DNA of 64,000 nucleotides from Pelagibacterales bacterium SAG-MED41 (GTDB taxonomy: Bacteria; Pseudomonadota; Alphaproteobacteria; Pelagibacterales; Pelagibacteraceae): NCBI GenBank assembly GCA_014653545.1, contig JACWEJ010000001.1, positions 36,014 to 100,013 on the forward strand, read 5' to 3'. Below are positions 33,207 to 42,961 of this stretch, piece by piece; the first letter of the stretch is position 1, and each line of letters starts with the position of its first letter. The notes beneath the pieces were generated by a model. It was given only the letters and a program-made list of their open reading frames with translations, had not been told where the DNA came from and did not search any database. The position numbers were made by a program, and so were the translations under genes.

Positions 33207-34464
33207 TAAGAAAAAAATTGCTTTAATTGATTGTAACTCATTTTACGTTTCATGCGAGAGGCTATTCAATCCAAAGATTAAAAATACACCTGTTGTGGTG
33301 CTATCAAATAATGACGGCTGCGTAATATCAAGATCTACAGAAGCAAAAAAACTTGGAATTAAAATGGGAGAACCTTATTTTAAAGTCAAAGAATTAGTTA
33401 GGAAAAATAATGTCCAAATATTTTCATCAAATTATTCACTGTACGGGGATCTCTCAAGAAGAGTGATGAAAGTCTTGAAAGGATTTTCAGATAAAATTGA
33501 AATCTATTCAATAGACGAAGCATTTATAGATTTGTCACACATTAAAAATGAAAATATTGAGGATTATGGAAAAAGAATAAGAGAAAGAGTTCTTAAGTGG
33601 ACAGGAATTCCAACAAGTGTCGGCATTTCATGTACTAAAACTTTAAGTAAGGTTGCAAATCATGTGGCAAAAAAAAATAAGACTGGAGTTATTTTTCTAA
33701 AAGACAATATAGATGATGTGCTAAAAAATTTTGATATTTCAGATATATGGGGAGTAGGCCGCCAGCTATCCAAACTTTATATAAAAAATGGAATTAATAA
33801 CGCATACAAATTGAAAAATATTTCAAATAGTTGGGTAAAAAAAAGCACTAATGTATTGGGAGCTAAAACAGTAATGGAATTAAGGGGCATTCCTTGTATT
33901 AATTTGGAAACAGAAGAAACAAAAAGAAAAAGTTGTTGTGTATCAAGATCTTTTGGAAGAAAAATTGAGAGTTTAAATAAATTAAAAGAGTCGATTACCA
34001 CCCACTGTTTAAATGCAGCTGAAAAAATTAGAAATGATAATCAAACAACAAGATCTATAACTGTATTTATTAGAACAAGTCCCTTTGATAAAAATAGAAA
34101 ATATTATTCAAATTCGCTAACTATAGATTTGCCTATTGCAACAAATAATAGTTTAGAATTAGTTAAGGTGGCTATAGAAGGTTTAAAAAAAATATATAAA
34201 TATGGTTATTTTTACCAAAAAACAGGTATAATTTTATCTAAACTGGGCGAAGCAAATGAAGAAAATTTAAATTTATTAACACCAATTTTAGAAAATAAAT
34301 CACAAACATTAATGAAAGCAATAGATTTAACAAATGCCAAATATGGTAGAAACGTAATTAGCGTAGCTCAGGCTGGAATAAATAATAGTTGGAAAATGAG
34401 AAGAGAACACTCATCAAAAATTGATACAGCTTCATTTGATCTATTACCAAAAATAAATGTTTAA
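33187..34464 (+). CDS. umuC: DNA polymerase V catalytic subunit UmuC (Y family)
   Basis: [44 protein letters not shown]. Confidence 0.96.
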   Translation: MSFINNNKKKIALIDCNSFYVSCERLFNPKIKNTPVVVLSNNDGCVISRSTEAKKLGIKMGEPYFKVKELVRKNNVQIFSSNYSLYGDLSRRVMKVLKGFSDKIEIYSIDEAFIDLSHIKNENIEDYGKRIRERVLKWTGIPTSVGISCTKTLSKVANHVAKKNKTGVIFLKDNIDDVLKNFDISDIWGVGRQLSKLYIKNGINNAYKLKNISNSWVKKSTNVLGAKTVMELRGIPCINLETEETKRKSCCVSRSFGRKIESLNKLKESITTHCLNAAEKIRNDNQTTRSITVFIRTSPFDKNRKYYSNSLTIDLPIATNNSLELVKVAIEGLKKIYKYGYFYQKTGIILSKLGEANEENLNLLTPILENKSQTLMKAIDLTNAKYGRNVISVAQAGINNSWKMRREHSSKIDTASFDLLPKINV

Positions 34465-34468
34465 AGAA

Positions 34469-35497
34469 CTATTTTAATATTTCTTCTAATCTAATAAACA
34501 TGGGATGCTTTTGGACATCTAAAGAAAAATTACAAATCTCAAAAAATTTGATATTGTTATTATGAAATTTATAATCTAAAAACTTAGTAGATTTAATATT
34601 AATACTAATATTATTTTTATGGCTACCAAAAGGTGTTTTTTCAACCCTATTTTTAGTAAAAAAATAAGCATTTTTGTTTGAAACTTTTTGAATTAAATCT
34701 AGATAAATATTAACTTGATCTAAGTTCATTTCTTGAAAAGAGTCAGTATTAATAGACAGATCAATTAAATTTTCATCTAAATAATTTACTTGGTTCGGTG
34801 TAAGAAAAATAAAATCGTATTTTTTTATAATAGATTTATCTATTTTATTTGAATTTTCATGAGGAAAAAGAATGTTAGATTTAGGAAATAAATAATCGAT
34901 TATAGGTATAGTGGAAGATAAAGTTTCAGGAAGGTCAATTAATATAAAATTTTTAATATTAAAATGTTTTTTTAACAAAGCTATTAAATTACAAGATCCA
35001 GGCCCAATTTCCATAACAGAGTTAATATTAGATATTTTACAATAATTATTAATAATATTAAGATAATAATAACTTCTAATAACATGTTCATCTAAATAAA
35101 AATTTCTAAACGGATAAATTTTTTTAATTTCTTTGAAGTTTTTTGCCACACAATCCTCAATATTAAAAAACATTTTTTTTTTTGAAACATTTTTATTTAA
35201 TAAAGCTTTATTAAAAGCTTTTTTATAACTTAAAAACCTTATTTTATTTGGATTAAAGAAATCAAAAATTTTTTTTATAATTCTTTTAATTGATAAAAAA
35301 ATATTTTTTTCAGAATAATAAAACCCTGAGTCACCCTCAATCTTTAAAATTTTTCCTTTAATTGTGTATTTAAATTTTTTAGAAAAAAATTCCCAATAGT
35401 CAGTTTTTGAAATTTTGTTTTGGTTTTTGAAAATATCGCTAGATAAATAAGAAAGATATCTTTTCTTGAAATTTTCATCAACCTTAAGTTTAATCAT
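34469..35497 (-). CDS. Putative sugar O-methyltransferase (class I SAM-dependent)
   Basis: VMEIGPGS motif I, ILIDLPE, INTDSFQEM...YL; very AT-rich. Confidence 0.75.
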   Translation of the reverse strand: MIKLKVDENFKKRYLSYLSSDIFKNQNKISKTDYWEFFSKKFKYTIKGKILKIEGDSGFYYSEKNIFLSIKRIIKKIFDFFNPNKIRFLSYKKAFNKALLNKNVSKKKMFFNIEDCVAKNFKEIKKIYPFRNFYLDEHVIRSYYYLNIINNYCKISNINSVMEIGPGSCNLIALLKKHFNIKNFILIDLPETLSSTIPIIDYLFPKSNILFPHENSNKIDKSIIKKYDFIFLTPNQVNYLDENLIDLSINTDSFQEMNLDQVNIYLDLIQKVSNKNAYFFTKNRVEKTPFGSHKNNISINIKSTKFLDYKFHNNNIKFFEICNFSLDVQKHPMFIRLEEILK

Positions 35498-35654
35498 AAA
35501 AATATAAATCCCAACATAGACTAAAAAATAACTAATTCTAGCTAATAAAAAAAAAATATAATATTATAAGTTTTTATGTTAAAGTTTTTTTTTTGGCACA
35601 ATCAATTATTTATTAAATCCAAAAAATTATTATCATAAACTCTTATTAGATATA

Positions 35655-36278
35655 ATGAAAAAATTTATAAATAAAAAACTAATACTTTTAGATTTAGATG
35701 GTGTTTTAATAAAATCGCTTAAAAATATGGAATTAGCTTGGAAAAGCACTACAAAAAAATTTTCTTTAAATATAAAATTTGTCAAATATAAAAGATATAT
35801 AGGCATTCCTTTTAAAGATATTTTAAAAGCTCTAAAAATTAAAAAAAAACTTTACCATTCAATTGAGAAAGAATTTAAAAAACAATCTATTATAAACTTG
35901 GAAGCAATCACTTTTTATCCTGGCGTTCTTAAAACACTTAAAAATTTAAAAAAGAAATATGACGTTGGTGTGCTTACTTCTAAAGATAATTATCGTACAA
36001 AAAAAATTTTAAATAAATTGAATTTTAAATTTGATTTGATTCAATGTCCTATCCCTAATTTAAGAGGTAAGCCTTATCCAGATTTAATTTTGAAAATTTT
36101 AGATAAATTAAAAAAAAAAAAAAATGAAGTTATTTATGTTGGAGACACCAAATTTGATCTTATGACTTGTAAGGCTGCTAAAATAGATTTTATTTTAGCA
36201 AAATATGGTTATAAGATCGGCATAAAAAATTATAAATTTTCTATCAATAAATTTAAAGATTTAGATAATTTTTTTTAA
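35655..36278 (+). CDS. HAD-superfamily hydrolase (phosphoglycolate-phosphatase-like)
   Basis: DLDGVL motif I, LTSK motif II, KPYPD motif III, YVGDT..D motif IV. Confidence 0.9.
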   Translation: MKKFINKKLILLDLDGVLIKSLKNMELAWKSTTKKFSLNIKFVKYKRYIGIPFKDILKALKIKKKLYHSIEKEFKKQSIINLEAITFYPGVLKTLKNLKKKYDVGVLTSKDNYRTKKILNKLNFKFDLIQCPIPNLRGKPYPDLILKILDKLKKKKNEVIYVGDTKFDLMTCKAAKIDFILAKYGYKIGIKNYKFSINKFKDLDNFF

Positions 36279-36279
36279 C

Positions 36280-36308
36280 TTTACACATCTATTTAATTTC
36301 TTTATAAC
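36280..36308 (+). promoter_or_regulatory. Putative sigma70 promoter of the riboswitch-thiV transcript
   Basis: TTTACA (36280-36285) N17 TATAAC (36303-36308); predicted start about 36315, at the 5' strand of P1. Confidence 0.6.
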
Positions 36309-36315
36309 ATATCTA

Positions 36316-36389
36316 TCTATATGGGGTGTCAATTAGACTGAGATTATACCCAAAGAACCTGACCGGTAATTCAGTAAGGGAAACATGGA
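36316..36389 (+). ncRNA. TPP (THI-box) riboswitch, atypical P4/P5 half
   Basis: GGGGUG...CUGAGA..AUACCC...AACCUGA...UAAU...AGGGAA hallmarks directly before a transporter ATG. Confidence 0.88.
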
Positions 36390-37836
36390 AAAAGCATACT
36401 TATCAATACAAGCGACTTTATTAGTAATCGTCTTAGTTGGCACATTCTTTATATTACTTGGATATTTAAACTCGAAAAAATTCATTAATAATAACAATTA
36501 TATTGTTGGAGACAGAGACGAAAATACATTTTCATTAACAGCAAGTTTAACCGCATCCGCTTTAGGAGCTTGGATATTGTTTGGACCTGCTTCTGCTGCC
36601 ACATGGGGAGGTATCGGAGCTGTATTTGGCTATGCTTTAGGAACAGCAGCACCCATGCTTTTTTTATACAATTTTGGGCCCAAAATAAGAAAAGAATTTC
36701 CAAATGGTCTAACATTAACTGAATTTATAAAAAAAAGATTTGGCACAGGCATACTTAAGATTTGTTTATTTTTAATACTTTTTTATTTAACAATATTTTT
36801 AATAGCTGAGGTGACAGCCATAGCAGCTCTTTTAAAATACACCTCCCAGGTTCCCTTATGGGTTACCGCAGCAATAACCTTGATTATTTGCTTATTATAT
36901 ATTTTAAGAGGTGGATTTAAACTTTCAATTATAACAGATAAATATCAATTTAGTTTTATAGTAGTAATTATTTTGTCATCACTTTTTTTAGTATTAGGAA
37001 AATTAGATATACCAAGTTTTGAAATAATCAAAAAAAATTCACCTAATTTAATTGATAAAAATTATTTACCAAATTATACAGCTGGATTAACTTTTTTTAT
37101 TGCAGTAGCAGCCACAAATTTGTTTCATCAAGGAAATTGGCAAAGAGTGTTCTCAGCTAAAAATAATAGGATACTTAAATCTAGTTTAATTTATTCTTCA
37201 ATAATTACATTTATAATTGTTTTTTGGATGGGGTATACTGGGTTATTATCTCTATCTTTGAATTCAAAAGTAATACCGGATTTAGCATTCTTTGATTTAC
37301 TATTTTATAAAAAAAATGCAGCAATAGTTATTGCTATATTAATTTTATCAATGTCATTAACTTTAAGTACTATCGATACTTTAATTAACGCTATTTCTAG
37401 TTTAATTATTATTGATGGTAAATTTGTAAATAAATCTTTGAAAGGTAAGGAAGTAAAAAATAAAGCAAATATAATAATAGTTTTACTTTCTGTTCTAGTT
37501 TTTATATTAGCTTCAAAAGGTTTTAGTATACTGTATTTATTCCTATTAGCAGATCTATTATGTTGTGCAGCAGTTATTACAATTTTTTATGGTTTTTTTA
37601 ATAAAAAGATTAATACGAAATTAGCTTCTTATACAATATTTATTGGATTGTTCTCTGGATTGTTATTTTTTCCAAGTCAAAATTTTCAATCAAGTTTTTT
37701 AGTAGGTAATCTTATATCTATAGAATACTTTACTCCTTTAATATCTGCGAATTTGTTATTTCTTTCATTTGCAATTTCAATAATCATCCCGCTAATAATT
37801 ATTTCAATTTATTCTTTACGTAATTCATTTAAGTAA
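36385..37836 (+). CDS. thiV: Sodium:solute symporter family protein, ThiV-like (thiamin/pyrimidine precursor uptake)
   Basis: SSS-like motifs (ASALGAWILFGPA, TLTEFIKKRFG, QGNWQRVFSAK, STIDT); TPP riboswitch in leader. Confidence 0.75.
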   Translation: MEKAYLSIQATLLVIVLVGTFFILLGYLNSKKFINNNNYIVGDRDENTFSLTASLTASALGAWILFGPASAATWGGIGAVFGYALGTAAPMLFLYNFGPKIRKEFPNGLTLTEFIKKRFGTGILKICLFLILFYLTIFLIAEVTAIAALLKYTSQVPLWVTAAITLIICLLYILRGGFKLSIITDKYQFSFIVVIILSSLFLVLGKLDIPSFEIIKKNSPNLIDKNYLPNYTAGLTFFIAVAATNLFHQGNWQRVFSAKNNRILKSSLIYSSIITFIIVFWMGYTGLLSLSLNSKVIPDLAFFDLLFYKKNAAIVIAILILSMSLTLSTIDTLINAISSLIIIDGKFVNKSLKGKEVKNKANIIIVLLSVLVFILASKGFSILYLFLLADLLCCAAVITIFYGFFNKKINTKLASYTIFIGLFSGLLFFPSQNFQSSFLVGNLISIEYFTPLISANLLFLSFAISIIIPLIIISIYSLRNSFK

Positions 37837-38681
37837 ATTATTACTGCAATCCAAATAAAAATAAATGCTATTAGTTCGTCTAATATTAATGGTTCATTAA
37901 AATAATATAAACCTAAGAGAAATTGAGCTGTTGGAGTAAGAAAAAAGATCATACTAGCTGGACCTATACCTATTAGTCCAAATCCTTTTGTGTACCAAAA
38001 AAGAGGAATTAAAGTCATAAGACCCGCCCAGAATAAATAAAATGATAGAACTGGTTCATTTAAAGAAAAAACATTTAAATTATTTTGGACTAAAAAAACA
38101 AATATTAATAGAGCTATAGGAGTAAGAATTAAAGTTTCTACCAGCAATCCTATATCAGATGACACTTTGACTTTTTTCCTTATTAATCCATACAAACTAA
38201 ATGTAAGAGCAACTGTAATACCTATCCAGGGTATTTGACCAAGTTTAATTAAAAAATAAAGTAAAGCTAAAATAACTAAAAAAACTGAAATAATTTTATT
38301 TCTATTATATTTTTCATTTAAAAAAATTATTCCAAGAAATACACTCAATATCGGAAAAATGTAATAACCTAATGCTGAGTCCAATAAATTGTTAGTTTTA
38401 ACTGCGTAAAGCCATGTAAACCAATTTAAAGAAACAAGCAGTCCAGTTATAAGCAAAATAAGTATATTTATTTTTTTTTTGATTACATTTTTAAATTCTC
38501 TCCATTTCGAATAATAAGACGTAGTAATTAACAATAGCAAGGCAGTCCAAATAGTTCTGTGAATGGTTAACTCTAAAGGAGAAGCAAAAGATACAAATTT
38601 AAAATAAATTACCCCAATAACACCCCACCATATGGATGCCCCTACTGTAAATGAAATACCTTTAATTAAATTTTTCTTCAT
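37809..38681 (-). CDS. rarD: RarD/EamA family DMT permease
   Basis: HRTIWT, NWFTWLYAV, LGYYIFP, FSLYGLIRKK, PTAQFLLG. Confidence 0.9.
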   Translation of the reverse strand: MKKNLIKGISFTVGASIWWGVIGVIYFKFVSFASPLELTIHRTIWTALLLLITTSYYSKWREFKNVIKKKINILILLITGLLVSLNWFTWLYAVKTNNLLDSALGYYIFPILSVFLGIIFLNEKYNRNKIISVFLVILALLYFLIKLGQIPWIGITVALTFSLYGLIRKKVKVSSDIGLLVETLILTPIALLIFVFLVQNNLNVFSLNEPVLSFYLFWAGLMTLIPLFWYTKGFGLIGIGPASMIFFLTPTAQFLLGLYYFNEPLILDELIAFIFIWIAVIIYLNELRKE

Positions 38682-38706
38682 TTGACCATTTTTTTGATTG
38701 ATTTAT

Positions 38707-38742
38707 AAGGTAATTAATTAATAATTAGTACTAAATTACCTT
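38707..38742. repeat. Imperfect inverted repeat between rarD and tRNA-Ser
   Basis: AAGGTAATT...AATTACCTT perfect 9-bp arms with partial inner complementarity. Confidence 0.55.
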
Positions 38743-38750
38743 GTTAAAAA

Positions 38751-38842
38751 GGAAGAGTGGGTGAGCGGTTTAAACCAGTTGGTTGCTAACTAACCGTACG
38801 AGTAACATCGTACCGAGAGTTCGAATCTCTCCTCTTCCGCCA
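38751..38842 (+). tRNA. tRNA-Ser (anticodon GCU)
   Basis: Acceptor GGAAGAG/CTCTTCC, anticodon arm GTTGG-TT GCT AA-CTAAC, long variable arm GTACGA/TCGTAC, T arm GAGAG-TTCGAAT-CTCTC, G discriminator, encoded CCA. Confidence 0.97.
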
Positions 38843-38846
38843 AAAA

Positions 38847-41075
38847 TTAATTAAAATAGCTATCGATTTGAACAGGTTCTTTATTCAAAATATATTTATA
38901 GACATTTATATTTTCTAAAACTCTTTGAACATAATTTCTAGTCTCTTTAAATCTAATTTGTTCTATCCAGTTAACATAAGATAATTGCCCTTTTGATGGG
39001 TCACCATTTACTCTTCTCCATGTTTTAACTCTGTTAGGTCCTGCATTGTATGCGGCTATAGCAAAAGGATAAACTCCATTATAATCTTCAATTAAAGAGT
39101 TAAAATAATATGAACCTAATTTAATATTATATTCAGGATCACGAGTTAGCGCACTAATGCTATAAGGTAGCTTAGCTTGTTTAGCTACAATTTTAGCAGT
39201 GTATTTCATTAACTGCATCATACCCCTAGCACCAGCCCAGCTGTTAGCGCTTTTATCAAATTCGCTCTCTTGTCTAATAATTGCTAAAACAACTTCAGAT
39301 TTGGGCATTATTTTATTATTAATTATTTTTGGAGTCGCTATGATTGGATAATTGAATTGATTGTAAAATCGTTTTTCGTATGAGGCTTTTTTTGAAATCT
39401 GTATAGCAAAGTCATATCTTTCAACACTTGTAGCTAATTCAGCTGCTAATACTTCACTCCCTTTTTCAATATTTAGAACAGCTAAATGTTTAAATATATC
39501 TTTTCCTAATTGAGTGGCGTTAAGTTCTTTTAGTAAGATTATATGTCTTATTAATTTATTTTTTTTGAATTCTTTTTCATAATCTTTATCAAAAAAACTC
39601 TCATCTTTAAGTTCAAAATTTCCACCTGGATTTATTTTATTAAAAGCAAGTTGACCATAATAAGTCATTGGAAACATAGCTGCCTCAGAGTAAAAATTTT
39701 TTGATAATTGATCTTCATTTAATTTTTCGTACGACGCGCCTAACCAATACGCGCCTCTGGCTAAACTAATTGGATAACCAACATTGTTATAAAAATTTTG
39801 AAAATGGTTTATAGCGTACTCTGGAGAATTTAAAAAAGATAATGCTATCCAACCAGATAACCACTCTGCTTCAGCAAATGATGGCCCCGCAGATAAAGCA
39901 TGTTCACTAGCAATTTTGTAAGCTGATTTATATCTCTTCTTATAAATTAAATTTCTTACAACACTTTCTCTTTGCTCCCACCATTTATCTGGCCTTACCA
40001 TTTGTTGTTCAGTTTTAATAGAGTTACGGTACAAAATCTCTAGTGACCCTTCTAATCTACCTCTACGATTTCTCCATCTTAACCTATCAAATTCTAATCC
40101 TGGATCTTTTTTTAGATATTCTGGAACTTTAGAAATAGCATTATCCACTCCGTAAGAATTACTCATTAATATCTGACGTGCATTATATAAAGCTCTTTGA
40201 TCTTTTGGTAAATACTTCAACATTCTTTTCAGATCCCAGTATTTTTTTTCCCAAGCTAAATAATCAGCTCTTTTAATATGATCATCAGAGTCAATAAACT
40301 TCTTAAATTTTGCACGATAATAACCCAAATCATTTTTACTTATTGTTGCAGTTTCCCATCCGTCTTTAATTAATTCACGTACCTTTTCTGTTTGTCCTTT
40401 TTCAAGATAAGCCTCTGCTAATTTAATTTTCCCTATTCCTCCAAGAGGCGGGTATTTGTTAAACCAATTTATTATTGAAGTTGGAGAATTATTTCTTAAA
40501 TATATTTTTTCCTCTGCAAGAAATCTAATTCGGTTGATTCTTGGATAGTCATTGTTTTGCTCAATAAAGTTTTTGTATTCACTAAATGAGGCACCATTTC
40601 TTGTAGTTTTAAGATACATCCAAGTGATTAGATTTCTAAATTCATTATCTTTTACTTTAGATGCACTTTTAAGAGCACTATTCCACTTTTTATCTTTGAT
40701 GAATTTTATGGTTTCTTTTGCACGAGCAAAATCTTTTTTATTTAAGATAGACGATTCCGTCGTCTCTTCAATTGAAGCTTTATAAACAGCAGGTTTTTTT
40801 TGAGGATAAATAAATGAACTTTTTTGTGTGATAATTTTTTTTTTATCTTTTACTTCTTTTTGTCTAACTTCCTTTAGCTTTTCGACATCTTCTTTTTTTT
40901 TAATTAATGGTTTTCTTTGGGGTAAATTTTTGGAATAATCAACTTTTTTAGTATTCTCTACTTTTTTAAATATTGAAGGTTTTTTTTTAGGAAATAGGAA
41001 TTGTTCCTCTGAATAACTGTGACCGGATAATAAAAAAAGTGTTATTATTACTAGACTAATTAATTTATTGGTCAT
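38847..41075 (-). CDS. Soluble lytic murein transglycosylase (Slt70-like)
   Basis: Signal peptide; AIIRQESEF, GARGMMQLM, AAYNAGP, ETRNYVQRV. Confidence 0.95.
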   Translation of the reverse strand: MTNKLISLVIITLFLLSGHSYSEEQFLFPKKKPSIFKKVENTKKVDYSKNLPQRKPLIKKKEDVEKLKEVRQKEVKDKKKIITQKSSFIYPQKKPAVYKASIEETTESSILNKKDFARAKETIKFIKDKKWNSALKSASKVKDNEFRNLITWMYLKTTRNGASFSEYKNFIEQNNDYPRINRIRFLAEEKIYLRNNSPTSIINWFNKYPPLGGIGKIKLAEAYLEKGQTEKVRELIKDGWETATISKNDLGYYRAKFKKFIDSDDHIKRADYLAWEKKYWDLKRMLKYLPKDQRALYNARQILMSNSYGVDNAISKVPEYLKKDPGLEFDRLRWRNRRGRLEGSLEILYRNSIKTEQQMVRPDKWWEQRESVVRNLIYKKRYKSAYKIASEHALSAGPSFAEAEWLSGWIALSFLNSPEYAINHFQNFYNNVGYPISLARGAYWLGASYEKLNEDQLSKNFYSEAAMFPMTYYGQLAFNKINPGGNFELKDESFFDKDYEKEFKKNKLIRHIILLKELNATQLGKDIFKHLAVLNIEKGSEVLAAELATSVERYDFAIQISKKASYEKRFYNQFNYPIIATPKIINNKIMPKSEVVLAIIRQESEFDKSANSWAGARGMMQLMKYTAKIVAKQAKLPYSISALTRDPEYNIKLGSYYFNSLIEDYNGVYPFAIAAYNAGPNRVKTWRRVNGDPSKGQLSYVNWIEQIRFKETRNYVQRVLENINVYKYILNKEPVQIDSYFN

Positions 41076-41106
41076 AAGTTAAGACTTATTTATCTTATTT
41101 TGTTTT

Positions 41107-41976
41107 ATGCTTAAAGGATCAATTGTAGCTATAATTACCCCATTTGATAATGGTGACTTAAGTGAAGATACTTATGTTAAATTAATCAATTATCATTTAG
41201 AAAATGGCACTAACGGTATTGTTCCTGGAGGAACTACCGGAGAGTCTCCAACTTTGTCTCATAATGAGCATAAAAAAATAATTGAAATTGCTGTTAATGA
41301 ATGTAAGGGCAAAATTCCTGTAGTAGCTGGTACAGGTTCAAATTCAACAGACGAAGCAATAGAACTTTCTAAATTTGCTGAGAAAGCTGGATCAGATGCT
41401 TTGTTGATAGTAACGCCATATTACAACAAACCAACACAAGAAGGTTTATTTCAACACTACAAAAAAATTAACGACAATGTCGGTATACCAATAATTATTT
41501 ACAATATTCCTTCTAGATCAGTAATAGACATGAGTGTAAATACTATGTCTAAATTATATGAATTAAAAAATATTGTAGGAGTAAAAGATGCTACAGGTGA
41601 TTTAAATAGAGTTGATCAGCAATTAAAAGTGATGGGAAAAGAATTTATTCAATTAACTGGAAATGATGATAATTCTCTAGAATTTAATAAAAGAGGTGGA
41701 GTTGGTTCTATAAGTGTTACAGCAAACATAGCTGCTAAATACTGTTCAGACTTTCAAAAAGCTTGTGTTAGCAACTTTAATAAAGCAGATGAATTAGACA
41801 AAATTTTACAGCCAGTTCATAACGCTATGTTTATTGAAAGTAATCCTTCGCCAGTAAAATATGCAGCTTCATTATTAGGAATGTGTAAGCCATCAGTAAG
41901 ATTACCACTCGTTGAAATAAGAGGCGATACAAAAAAGAAAGTCTCAGAGGCACTTAAAGTAGCTAAGTTACTTTAA
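41107..41976 (+). CDS. dapA: 4-hydroxy-tetrahydrodipicolinate synthase
   Basis: [28 protein letters not shown]. Confidence 0.97.
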   Translation: MLKGSIVAIITPFDNGDLSEDTYVKLINYHLENGTNGIVPGGTTGESPTLSHNEHKKIIEIAVNECKGKIPVVAGTGSNSTDEAIELSKFAEKAGSDALLIVTPYYNKPTQEGLFQHYKKINDNVGIPIIIYNIPSRSVIDMSVNTMSKLYELKNIVGVKDATGDLNRVDQQLKVMGKEFIQLTGNDDNSLEFNKRGGVGSISVTANIAAKYCSDFQKACVSNFNKADELDKILQPVHNAMFIESNPSPVKYAASLLGMCKPSVRLPLVEIRGDTKKKVSEALKVAKLL

Positions 41977-42449
41977 TGATACAAAAAATACCACCTGGTC
42001 AGAAAATAATTTGTTTAAACCGTAAAGCAAGTTTTAATTATTTTTTTATAGAAATATTAGAAGCAGGAATTTCTTTAAAAGGATCTGAAGTTAAGTCTCT
42101 TAGAGAAGGAAAAGGAAGTATTGCTGATTCTTATGCAGTTGATAATAACGGGGAATTGTATTTAATTAATTCTCATATACCATTGTACCGTCAATCTTCA
42201 TACAATAATCATGACCCTAAAGGAGATAGAAAATTATTATTAAAAAGGAAAGAAATTAACAAACTTATTGGTCGGATTAACCAGGACGGATTAACACTAA
42301 TTCCTACTAAATTATATTTTGTAAAAGGTAAGGTCAAAGTTGAAATAGCTGTAGCAAAAGGAAAAAAACTTTATGATAAAAGACAAGTTAAAAAAACAAG
42401 AGATTGGAACCGAGAAAAAGCTAGATTATTAAGTAAGAATAATAAATGA
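41976..42449 (+). CDS. smpB: SsrA-binding protein
   Basis: [33 protein letters not shown]. Confidence 0.98.
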   Translation: MIQKIPPGQKIICLNRKASFNYFFIEILEAGISLKGSEVKSLREGKGSIADSYAVDNNGELYLINSHIPLYRQSSYNNHDPKGDRKLLLKRKEINKLIGRINQDGLTLIPTKLYFVKGKVKVEIAVAKGKKLYDKRQVKKTRDWNREKARLLSKNNK

Positions 42450-42961
42450 TACACATAAATATTGGATCTAATTTAAATTCAAATTTTGGAAATAAATTTG
42501 ATAATATTTCAATTGCTATTAGACTTCTTATTGAAAAAAAATTCTTTGTTAAAAAGATTTCAAATTTTTATGAGACACCATCCTATCCAAATAATAATTT
42601 ACCAAAATTTTTAAATGTAGGTATTTTTGGATCATTTAGTTATAGCGCTACCGAATTAAGAGATATAATTTCTTTTATTGAAAAGAAAATTGGAAGGGTC
42701 AAAACTAAAAAAAATGATCCAAGAGTATGCGATATAGATATTATAGATTTTAATGGTGAAAATTTAGATATAGATAATTTAACGATTCCTCATAAAAAAT
42801 GTCATTTGAGAAATTTTGTTTTATTTCCAATAAGTCAAATAGACCCTAACTGGAAACATCCAATTTTAAAGAAAAATGTAAATGTTTTAATAGGGCAATT
42901 AGACCTTAAATCCAGGATAGAGATTACAAGGCTCAATAAAAATGTTAATATAAACTCATGA
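42446..42961 (+). CDS. folK: 6-hydroxymethyl-7,8-dihydropterin pyrophosphokinase
   Basis: [30 protein letters not shown]. Confidence 0.93.
   Translation: MIHINIGSNLNSNFGNKFDNISIAIRLLIEKKFFVKKISNFYETPSYPNNNLPKFLNVGIFGSFSYSATELRDIISFIEKKIGRVKTKKNDPRVCDIDIIDFNGENLDIDNLTIPHKKCHLRNFVLFPISQIDPNWKHPILKKNVNVLIGQLDLKSRIEITRLNKNVNINS

Noticed and set aside
36110-36124. A15 run in the HAD gene as a phase-variation tract
   Set aside because: It is in frame (poly-Lys), and similar runs of 11-13 nt occur in core genes (rpsK, panC, pdxJ, acpS); no evidence of switching without reads
34465-38842. tRNA-Ser-anchored genomic island
   Set aside because: No integrase and no duplicate of the tRNA 3' end seen; the islet lies upstream of the tRNA and is separated from it by thiV and rarD
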